Source: Perna viridis
Taxonomy: Eukaryota
DNA length: 64,000 nt
Direction of reading: 5' to 3'
Assembly (NCBI GenBank): GCA_037379345.1
Contig: CM074523.1
Span: 31,573,678-31,637,677 of the forward strand
The translations under genes were made by a program, and so were the position numbers. This document shows, one piece after another, positions 23,601 through 34,100 of this stretch. Each line of letters opens with the position of its first letter. Position 1 is the first letter of the stretch. The notes below the pieces were generated by a model that had not been told where the DNA came from, did not search any database, and saw nothing but the letters and a program-made list of their open reading frames with translations.

Positions 23601-24949
23601 GCACTCCTCTGACACTACTTGTCCAATTTCAACCAAATTTAGTATGAATGTTTCTTAGGGTATCGCGCATAGAACTGATGTGGGGATATTTTATCCGTCA
23701 AAAAACATGACCGCCGTAACTAAAAATAGAACATAGGGCTCACGCAATAGTTTTTCACATATATCTCCAAAACCGTTAGGTTAAGCCAAATTCTCATGTA
23801 GGTAGAAGAGTTCAGCATAATGGGATCTATCTGTGGTCATATTTTTCTTTTTAATCTGTTATTTTCCGCCCGATTATTGCGCTAATTGTTTGTCTGGAAT
23901 TGCTTTAAACAGTGTAATGTCACTTAAAATTACGCTCTTTTACGATGTCTTTAACTAAAGCGCTTCACAACATGTATGTGCAACTATGAAAGTATTATGT
24001 TTTCGTTGCAATGTCTTTGAAAATGAATTACATGTACCAACTCAAACCCTGACTTGGGAGAATGACTCTGTGACTTTAAAAAGAACCGATCAAAATAGTT
24101 TTCGATATGTATAAAGTGGCAAAAACACTTGAGCTTTAAATCAATCCAAAGATAAATTGGGATCAGAAAAAAAGATACATGTACATTTGTTCTAACGTTG
24201 GGGTAAACGCTGAACAAGCGTAGAGCATGCTCAATATACGCTTCCGAGCGAAGAAAATTATTTTTGTTCTATCCAAGCCCTACCTCAAGGAAGTTAATAT
24301 TGAGCTTGCTCACCAACTTACCACAAAAGGGTCTATTAATATGTTAAAAAGGTGTGTGGTTTTAACGATAAGAAAAAGTAATTCGTAACTCGGCTGTTTG
24401 AAATGTATTTACATCCCTACTTTTGTTTAAATGTTATATGCAGTTTTACAACAGCTTCTGGTAAAAAAATATTTAAAACTTAAAAGATGTATTACAAATA
24501 CTCACATAGATCATGTAAGTTGTAATCCTGCAGATAAAATCCCCGAACAACCAGTCTGGGTTCGAGTAAGAGGCAGCGGTCGACGGAACTACGATGAGAA
24601 GAAAAGTCAGATCCGCTACGGCTAAATTAATTATGTAACAATTCGACGCCGTCATGTCACCATTTTTGCTAAGGGTATATATAACTAACCCGTTCCCTAA
24701 AGAACCAAGGAATACCAACAGAAACCAGATTGAAGGAACAAGCACTGTGTATACTGGACGACCAAAAAACGGGTCATCATCTCCGGAAACATTCCTTGTA
24801 TGTTCCTGAAAATTCTCTATCTGGTTATTAACCGTACTTATGTGGAACGTCATTTGGTAAACTAAAGATGAATTTTCTGTTAAAATCTCAACCTTGTCTT
24901 TCCGGTCTGAGAAAGTAGCCTCTTGAAGAAGTAAATTTGTCAAATTCAT
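14186..24949 (-). CDS. Class A neuropeptide GPCR, kisspeptin receptor (GPR54)/galanin/allatostatin-A receptor-like; 4 coding exons (24949-24506, 16510-16375, 15558-15347, 14635-14186), 413 aa
   Basis: The spliced translation gives all 7 TMs: GN (TM1), NLAVAD (TM2), WLFGDFIC, TLTAMTIDRY (TM3), VW (TM4), YVIPL (TM5), FAIFWFP (TM6), AHTLSYTNSCLNPLIY (TM7). All introns are GT-AG with consistent phases (0,1,0). Confidence 0.93.
15090..15215. repeat. 41-bp tandem repeat x3 in GPCR intron 3
   Basis: AAGACTGCATATAGGAGTTTAACAAACCTCTCTGATGGATC and two variants. Confidence 0.85.
15347..15558 (-). CDS. GPCR coding exon 3 (TM4 end, ECL2, TM5)
   Basis: TTGCAG|(V)ACFISIPF...YCQEVWP...NYVIPLLIIVACYYRIL...RRQ|GTAAAT. 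Confidence 0.92.
16375..16510 (-). CDS. GPCR coding exon 2 (TM3 DRY to TM4)
   Basis: TTGCAG|VTLHATSFTLTAMTIDRYYAIVHPLSSINWRNRRISTITCLLVWT|GTAGG; absent from the ORF track on this strand. Confidence 0.93.
17755..17940 (+). mobile_element. Degenerate Naiad-type PLE 3'-end fragment
   Basis: CCTACCGGTGCAC...AGTGGAGTCCGA...GGTTCCTTTG. Confidence 0.65.
18160..18502. repeat. Dispersed MITE-like family (copies ~44050-44390 inverted, ~49465-49680)
   Basis: Shared AATCAGAAA.ATGCAT.TCAAAA and GCTTTCTCTATTTGAAAA...TTATTTGATCTCT. Confidence 0.7.
19929..20133 (+). mobile_element. Naiad-type PLE 3'-end fragment
   Basis: GGACCCTTACCCTACTGGTGCACCTGG...GGTTCCCTTGATTACTCT. Confidence 0.85.
23262..23350. repeat. 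~32-bp tandem repeat x3
   Basis: AATGAACGATAAACTGAACCATC core repeated. Confidence 0.8.
24506..24949 (-). CDS. GPCR coding exon 1 (N-terminus, TM1-TM2, start of TM3)
   Basis: ORF 24473..24949; ends ...YMIY|GTGAGT donor, phase 0. Confidence 0.92.
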
Positions 24950-25190
24950 GTCCTCAGTATAGTAAATAAATTAAGTTTAGTAAAATTTGGAGGTTATTCA
25001 ATAATTAGCCGTACTTATCTAGAACGTCATTTGGTAAACAAGAAATAAATTGTCTGTTAAAATCCCAACTTTGTATTTCCGGTTGGAGAAAGTAACCTCT
25101 TGACAAAGTAGATCCGTGTAATTCATGTCTTCAATACAGTCAACAAATTAATTCTAGTAGAAGTCAGAAGTTATTCGATAACTATTAATC
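24832..25190. repeat. 177-bp tandem duplication spanning the GPCR start codon
   Basis: CCGTACTTAT..GAACGTCATTTGGTAAAC occurs at 24832 and 25009. Confidence 0.9.
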
Positions 25191-26408
25191 CAGACTCTAG
25201 AACCTTTATTGTTTACATGGTCCTTTCGTCCCAATCGACAGCTCATAATTGTTTTATGTCAGAACATTGTGCATAACTGAAGAATACCCCAAATGAACTT
25301 TCTTTCTTTTGCTTGAATAGGGATAGTATCTGATCTATTGATTTCCTGGAAAGTTTTTCTGTAATCTTTGACAGAATTTCTCTCGCTGGTGACACATTCC
25401 TGACACTTATTTAATTTGATTTAATCTTTTATTGCCTTTTTCTACACCATACATTGTACTCCGCGACAGTAATTAAACGAATTTCTGTGAAACATTGAAA
25501 ATAACATGGAATCAACTTCAGTATTGTTTTCACAATTGTTGATTTGAAGCGTTCGTTTTTATCCTGATTGCTATATCTGAAACTCAGTGATTTTTTTCCG
25601 GAAATCAGAGGACGCTCACTTGGTTACTCATTTATTATTTGTACCTATAGACGTTGAGTTAGTTTGCTGTTTACAGTAATGTATAGAATTTGCGTGTTCA
25701 TAACACCATTTTTCTCGTTCTACATTGTACTATCATGGTTTATTTGAATTTGACCATTCTGTGTATTCAGGCAATGGAAGGCACATTACAATTCTCAATT
25801 TGGTCTTTTTGCCTCGAACATATTCAAGACATCTAGAAAACCACTAAAACGCTATTTAAATTTATCCAGAAGCATTTTTGACGTTGATATTTTTCAATTG
25901 CTAATATAAGGAAAAAGTGTGGGGAAATTTTCCAGCCATTTTTCCATGGTGCATTACAACTAGACATGACCTTTCAATATCTTATAAAGGCAAATTATAC
26001 AAACGCTTTGATGGTTAATTTTTCTGGATGTTATCAGGTATAAATACTTGGTTGATGTAATAAAATCTTTGTGTATTTTCCATCATGTGCCACACCTTAT
26101 ATCCTTATATATTAAACATTTAGCCTGATTTGCCTGACTTAATTATTTTAGTCAAGTTTAAGGTCAATATCACCCGGCAGTCATACAAGTTACTACACAT
26201 GTAAAGAAGTATGGACGGGGCGTCAGCAACGTCCTACATTGTATATATGTAATATGTATAAGACCAGCACTATGAATGGCTAAAAACTATTCTAACGGAT
26301 ATCGAAATTTGTCAACTCGGAAGTAGTCTTTTAATACGTCGATGGATACGATTTTATACCTATTTTATTTAATAATAATATGGAAATTATTGGCTGTGTA
26401 GAAATGTA

Positions 26409-26760
26409 TTAAGAAGCAATCCACATAAGAATCATGCAAAATGTGATTCATGGTTAGAAAGCCTACATATTTTTATTTTGAAATTTTGTTTAAAATGTTA
26501 AAGTAAACAGAAAGTAACATTTGGTTTTTCATATAACCCATGTTCATAGGAGATAAAAATTATATGGAATGCACTGTAAATTTCAAAATTAAGGGAGATA
26601 ACTCTGTAAATGACACTCAAATACAATAGAATCTATTGGATTTTCAATGTTGATTTGAATGAATAATTACACATATCATAATATAGACCCATAAAGCAAC
26701 TTAATTACAAAAATAAAAAAATATGAAGCCTTTTTTGTGGTGTATCACCTTTTTTCAGAT
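26409..26760. repeat. Dispersed MITE-like family (inverted copy ~60195-60570)
   Basis: CATGCAAAATGTGATTCATGG...GGAGATAACTCTGTAAATGAC matches the reverse complement at 60365-60547. Confidence 0.8.
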
Positions 26761-28635
26761 TTTGCATGATTCTTACAAAGACAGCCACTTAAGCCTTCCC
26801 AGATGTAATTCTATTACACTATTCTCATCAAGTGATACTTCGCCCATATATAGCAACATGTGGTGGGTAGAAATAAAGATCAGAAGAATGCACGTTTTAA
26901 TGTCTTTTTTTCTTTACTTCTATCCACCCTAGCAACATGGCGGTGTACCGTAAACAAAAAATGGATCCCCTTCATTTTATGTATATACATAACCCAAAAT
27001 CATATTAGTTTGAACAAAATTAATCATGAAAAAAAAGAACTTAATGGTCTACGTAATTTATAGTCTTTCAAAAGACAAACTGATATGCAAGATTTGTCTT
27101 TAATTTAGAAAACAAAGCTTAATCTTTATTCTACAAACTTGGATTCGGAAACTGGAAGCAGATTACTGGATGCTTAAATCCAATATGAAATGTGGACGAT
27201 ACAAAAAGTTACTCTGTCATAAAATGATATATATACTTGAAATAATCATTAAAAAGTTGTGACAAAACACATCGAACAATGGAAAATAATTGTGTATGCT
27301 TTAGAAACGTCAATCATGATTCACATACATGTCTAAGACTTAGTTACCCTGGATCATATTACTTGCACATACGATACTCAATATTATGTTAGGTCTGGGT
27401 TGAACTTACCGCTTGAAAATTAACCCGCCTCGAAATTATTATCTTTATTTAAGTATAGGTAGCATGAAATTCGCGAGAGAGAAAAAACACGACTTCATAA
27501 TGGTGACGACTTAATATCAATGTATGTTTATCATGAAACAACAACATGAAAAAGACCAACATTAATCACGAGTGCTCACTTTGTGTATGTTATATGGACA
27601 CAATATGCATTTAAGCTGATACAGTCAAATGTATGTACGGTCCATTGTGTCAGTAGATGTCTGTTAGTAGTTGGAGGTAGCGAAGCCCAGTCGTTCGGGA
27701 TAAAAATGTACTTGACCGAAGAACTCAGACAGAGTACATGTATGTTATACTAGCAGTCGGGCTACTCTGTTGACGCTCTGGATACTCCCATATCTCACGT
27801 GGGTCCGAGAGCGTCTCCCCACTCTGTTTGATGGTACGTCAACGTGGAGAGAGTTAGTCCATTTGTTACTCTTACAGGCTTTATGTTCATGAAAGGGGTG
27901 GACCTAAAATATTGGGGTAGGGGTCGAGATCAAAAGCATTATACAAAGACGGTAAGGGGGGCATCCCTTCACCCTTATCCGCCTTTGTGTGTGTTATTTT
28001 TTGTTTAAACTTTTGTTAAACTTTTTAATTCATGTAAATGTCTATAATCCATAATTCCATTATTATGTCATCTTTTTCATTTACTTACATACTGGTAATT
28101 GATAACATTTCAAATGACATTGACAAACAGATATGTGAGATTTGTCTTTTAGAAAACAAAGCTTAATCAATATTCTACAAACTTAAAATCAGAAACTAAA
28201 AGCAGATTACTAGATGTTTATAACCAATATGAAGTGTGGACGATACAAAAAGGACTGAAACCTGAACTGTCTGATACATGTACATGTAACTCCGCCATTC
28301 AAATATAAAGAAAATCAAACCAAATCAGAAAAAACAACTTTTTAACAATGAGTTGATTGGTTCAATTTATAAATATAGATTTATTGTTACAAATTATCTA
28401 ACTGTCTGTTGAGGGATCAGAAATCCCCTATTTTGTTGGAAAATTTTGTAAATTCCGTGCAAAATATGCGCAAAGAATAGTCTGGAACCCCAATTGTTCG
28501 GGAACCTAATAATTTTTATTCCTATTTGTCTTTGTTTTTTTATCACAAACATTTAGATAACTCAATTCAATTTTTGAACGAACGCATTGCTCGTGAATAT
28601 GATTTTATACTAACGGCTAAGTTATTAACGGGTGG

Positions 28636-29083
28636 CTCCAGTGCGGGCTGGTATTGACGGCTAGCCTCCAGTGCGGTCTGGTATTGACGGCTAGTCTCCA
28701 GTGCGATCTGGTATTGACGGCTAGCCTCCAGTGCGGGCTGGTATTGACAGCTAGCCTCCAGTGCGGGCTGGTATTGCCGGCTAGCCTCCAGTGCGGGCTG
28801 GTATTGCCGGCTAGCCTCCACTGCGGGCAGGTATTGATGGCTAGCCTCCAGTCGGTCTGGTATTGACGGCTAGCCTCCAGTATGGTCTGGTATTGCCGGC
28901 TAGCCTCCAGTGCGGGCTGGTATTGCCGGCTAGCCTCCAGTGTGGTCTGGTATTGACGGCTAGCCTCCAGTGTGGGCTGGTATTGCCGGCTAGCCTCCAG
29001 TGCGGGCTGGTATTGACGGCTAGCCTCCAGTGCGGGCTGGTATTGACGGCTAGCCTCCAGTGCGGGCTAATATTGACGGCTAG
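28636..29083. repeat. GC-rich 30-bp minisatellite (~15 copies), GCTAGCCTCCAGTGCGGGCTGGTATTGACG
   Basis: Direct units; explains ORFs 28567..28821, 28654..28866 and 28863..29096. Confidence 0.95.
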
Positions 29084-29976
29084 ATTTTCACATTGATTTA
29101 TTTTAGAACCAGAATTGTTGCATGAACATATAGATATAGACGAACGATTGGGCTAACGGACTTAAGATTTACTTCTATCCCGGCCTCCCGTCGGAAGGTG
29201 CATAAAATTCTAAAATATTATATGATATACACAAATTTAATTTAACAATCAAGTTCCGTATTAAGAAAACATTATATGATGTTTTGTCAATTTAAAGTTC
29301 AATAATATCCAATTTTGCAATTATTTAAAGTACACAATATAGTAATTGGTTTTGTAAAAAAGATATCCTATCAATTTACAATTCAAAAGAAATGGTCACT
29401 TAAGGTCATCTGAGGTCCACGTGGATGTCAAACAAACGCTCAGGTGACTGCGTTTGGGGTCGGTAAAGGCCATCCTTCGTGCGGTTGTCAATCAAGAACA
29501 CAAACGACGGTATTCTTGGGTTTACAACTGTTTAATAACATATGTTACAACTAAATATAAATGTCAGGCAAATTTTGTAATGTTTGGAAACGCAAAAAAA
29601 AACAAAAAAAAAACAGCCAAAAGCCATAGGCGGACCCAGAAATATACAATATGTAGTTCTAGAAATAGGAGGGTCCCAGAATATTGTTTATTCCCTTAGA
29701 AATGAAAGAAATTAATGAAATCTTCCAACCCCAGGCGTTCACCCCACTCCTCATGGATCAATTTCTGCTACCAACAATTCCTTCGTGTAAAAAAATTGAT
29801 GTGACATTAAAAGGGGTCTTTGATGTTTTATATTGTTTGTTTTTATTTTAAATCTCAAAGTATTGTTTTTGGGTTTTTGTTCATACTATTGACAATATCG
29901 ATTTAGACTTACATATACAAGGATCCAGAAATAAAAAAGGGGTGTCGTTTCAGACAGTTATGCAAAGTGGTTGCAT

Positions 29977-30155
29977 CAGGGGCGGATCCAGACACTTCGA
30001 AAAGGAGGAGTACCATTCGGGGTTCCTCAGAAGAAAGGGGTGATTGGACATATTTTTTTTCTCGTTTTTTTTTGTTAATTATACACATGAAAATGACCAA
30101 ATTCCAACAAAATGGGGGTGCCAACCTCTTGCCCACCCCGCAGGATCCGCAATTG
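29977..30155. repeat. Short MITE with CAGGGGCGGATCCAG...GGATCCGC termini (decayed relatives ~4332-4450, 27895-27985, 29627-29760, 31661, 32930)
   Basis: Terminal inverted GCGGATCC motif. Confidence 0.6.
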
Positions 30156-31091
30156 GTTTTACGCTATCTTCTGTTAATTTTTATGACCTTTTGAACATCA
30201 TTACATTTATAAGACATCAAATAGCAAAGATTGGTCATGATAAAAACAAAAACAAAATTTCTTATTGAGATGTTAAGGTTTCCAGCACGCACGATACCTT
30301 AACGCTCGCAAAACGCTCACCAAACGCTATGCTCGTCCGATGAAAAAGTACTTACAATTAATGAAGAAATCGAAAAAAAAGTATCGTTAGAATATTTTAA
30401 AATAAACAAACGCTTCTATGGTGTTCAGCCAACGCACGATAATCGATGCAAGAACGCTGAAATTGGAAATCTTAATGTTTCAAGGAGTGTCACAAACAAA
30501 ACCATTTCCGGAGCCCCCGTATCCCTTTTTTAACAGCACTGCAAATCATACATGTACATGTACCTGTTACATTAAACAACATACGAAGGACGATTATTTC
30601 AAAGAATCTCTAAAATATAAGAGTTGCTTTATGCAAGCTGTTGTTTCTGTCAGCTACATTGATATTTTTATTGTTTTGTTCAACGTACATTTATTCGTCC
30701 CAATCCGCGATATTTTATTTCATGCCGCTTGCCTTTCTTTTAAACTGTCCATACTTAACTGTCCCATGCGATCTACGTTAAAATTTTGGCACGTGTTAAC
30801 GTTTGATCTCAGATGTTTATCTTACCAAAACTGTTGTTATCAATAATTAAAAATCTAACAACGGCGAAAATAGCACCCTTTCAAACAGTTTATAAAATAT
30901 AAAATTAAATGCGCATTATCTAATGAGGCTTGAAGATTTGTCCGTGTTCGGTATCGCTGTTCAGAATAAATTTCGATGCTCTCTGCTTGAACCAAGATTC
31001 GGAGGTGACCAGCATTGCCTGTGATCTTGCGTTTTCAATATATCTTGATAAATATGATGCTTGCGTGTATAACTTAAGAGAAAATTTGAAG

Positions 31092-31140
31092 ATGATCCCA
31101 GTTATATGGATAGTATCATCTTTCCGTCTCTATGTCTCAG
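31092..31140 (+). CDS. Cadherin-like gene exon 1 (putative signal peptide MIPVIWIVSSFRLYVSA)
   Basis: ATG, hydrophobic stretch, then a consensus CAG|GTAAGT donor, phase 1. Confidence 0.65.
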
Positions 31141-34100
31141 GTAAGTGAAATATATTTTCTTTAAAACAAATTGTACGTATCCTACTCCAGATTCCCGATT
31201 GCTCATATTGTTGATCAACCAAAGCTATATAATATAAGGACATTTTGAATACATACATGCAATGTTTTATTTGTTTTATTTTTATTTACATGTATATGAA
31301 CACCACGACAACAACAATAAACAACTGCCGAAAACTGTTGATCAGCAAAAAGTCCTTTCATGGTTATATATTTGATTATTACGAATTGTTCCAATCATAG
31401 GGCGCTCTTGCATGATATCTATAGTTTTGTTTTGTTTTTTTTTTTTTTTTGGTTTGTTTTTTTTTAAATTTTTTTTAGTAATAACTGTTTGTTGTTTTGT
31501 CTTGTTGTAATTTTTTTTATTTTGTTTGTTTTATTGTGCTTTCTTTCTGGCAGTCAATGAATTTTAAAATTTTTCTCAGTTTGCTATTTTTTGATTTCAG
31601 TTTTACATGTTACTTCCTAACATGTTCTGTATCAATGAGTCTTGCCACTTTGAAGTATTAAGGGGCGGATACAGGATTTTAAGGGTTAGGAAAATTTGGT
31701 GAACAAATTAGGTCGACAGTGGAAATACAAACGTATAGAGTTGATCGCCCTAACCGAAATATATACATTTTTCACTTTACTATCTGACCGATCGATCAGC
31801 TGCATTTCAATACTACATGTACATTTTGTAAATGGAGGTACATTACTTTCAATTCTGACAGATACCAATTCATCACAAGCACGTGGTACATGTAGATTTT
31901 GGTATTTTAGCCTATCATTTATATACATGAATGGAAAAATAAAATATTTGCATAATATGCCCCTAACGGTAAAAGGCATTTAATCTCCAAAAAAGAGAAT
32001 GTAAACTTTTAAGTGACGGGAAACACTACTTGAGAGCTTTTTTCCAAGAAAAGTTTTCATGCTGGTTGAATTGAATGAATAAAATAACGTTTTTTGAAAC
32101 ATTCAAAATCTGACATGGAACTCTTCGGTAAACCCCATACATCCCCTAAAACAACAAAATAAGAGTGACAATAATTATGTGCATTGTATAAACACAGATA
32201 CATGTGTACATGTGTATACACTACGTTTCTGGGTTACCGTATCCCTTGTTTCATCCAGAACCCAAGTTCTCAACTGGATATTTCTTTTTTTAAAATGAAA
32301 AACACCATAACGAACGATACTGAACCTATTACTGGGTATATTGTATTTATATTTACACCAGACCGTAACGTGTATATTCTGGTTCAAAAATTAAATAAGG
32401 ATGTCGAACACGCCAAAGAAAGACATTTAATTTACCAAAATTTAATTGAATTTTACAACAATAGTTTTTCATAAACAGATACATGTATGTTCCTTCTGTT
32501 TGTTGTTATTAAAGTTGTTTTTTTTATCTTCAATTCTTGCTTTGTTTAATGTGCGAAAACAAAAACCAAATCGGAAAAGTGAGCAGCCCAGTTAAAATTT
32601 TTGGAGTTTTTTCTTATTGAATTGGATTTTTTAAGGACAGAGAGGTTGTATGAGGTTTTATGCACTTGGTTATCTTTTGTCCTTGGTTATCTATAGGTTT
32701 TATGCCACTTTTGAATAGCTTTTTGTTTTTATTCATGTAAACCCCGGTATGGCTACACTCATACATAATGCAGTATTGTCGCTTGTACATACGACTTTTG
32801 TCTGTTAGACAAATTATTGCGGAGCGGAGATATCTCTTATTCCATATTTTACTCTACTTAAGTAACGTTTCGTGTAAGAAATAGGTAGAATTTTAAAGTA
32901 AATTATAAGTTTTGGGCAGGGGCATACTGGGATGGATCCAGAAATTTCGAAAAAGGAAGAACGCTGCTGTTGGTGTAAGGGGGGTGGGGATGGGTGGTGT
33001 GCTCTCGAGTTATTTCCAGTAGTTTTCCTATTTTGTGCATGGTCGTTTTTCTCTATCGCTGATTCTTAGATGGAATAATATTTCAAACCAATTCCATCAC
33101 AGTTTTTTACATCTGACCCCTGATCTTTGACCAATAAATAAACTATGTCCTTGTTAGCACTGGACATTTATCTCTCCTGTGGTAATGTAATCTTATTATT
33201 GCCTACATTGTATTTTCATCAGGCTATTTACTGTAATCTATGACATTTGATATTTAAATCTAAGTATGAATATGAAGACTATTTGTTTGGAACATTTGCA
33301 TTAATCAAATTTGTCCGCATGTAAGTTACACCTTACCGAAAGAGGTATTGCATGATAGAATTCAAGGATGAATCATTTGATTGATTCATTGATTTTGACT
33401 GTTTCTTTATTTTTGCTAATTCAATGATTTTTAGCATTGTAACAATAGTAACAATTCAGAATGACAGATACAGTATACAGTGGTGGGCCTAAAGGGAGGG
33501 GAGAGGTGTCTACAGGTTGGAAATATCTTATCAATTTTGTGGATTAAATTTGCAAAAAAATAAAGCAACATAATTTTTCTCAAAGATGACCTTGGACAAA
33601 CAAAATGTAAAATTTTAAGAAAAGAATATAGATCAACGTACTTTCAAACTAATTGAGCCTAATTATAGGCGAATTTTTACATCGTTTTATATAGATTCTT
33701 TAGGGACTTTTTCAAAGTTTCGCTTACTACTAAAAAAAACTGCATGGTAGGTAAAATTTCTTACAACATTATATAAAAGACACTGATGTACATTATTTCC
33801 TATTTAAAAATATATTGGTGTCAACGAACTTTTTTTCTTGTAAAATTGCATCTTTTCAAACCTTATTTGGTCATTATACATACTTTTGTAAGAGTGCTCT
33901 GTGTAATAGGTTTGTTCTACCTTAAGTAGCCGCTTGAAGTGTCATACTTATAAAGCTACCCTACCCCTTTTCCTCCAATTGGCCCGAGGGTCCCAAGTCC
34001 AAATCTTTCTGATGCAACAGAGTAATAAAAAAATAAGTAACTAAAGAGTGACACCTTATGTAGAGCCTAACAGAAAGTAGAAAAATATTACAAAATATGT

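Noticed and set aside
28636-29083. CRISPR-like array or repeat-protein ORFs (ASLQCGLVLT)n / (EASRQYQPAL)n
   Set aside because: Units are contiguous with no unique spacers, there are no cas genes, and the context is eukaryotic. The ORFs are by-products of a 30-bp period.
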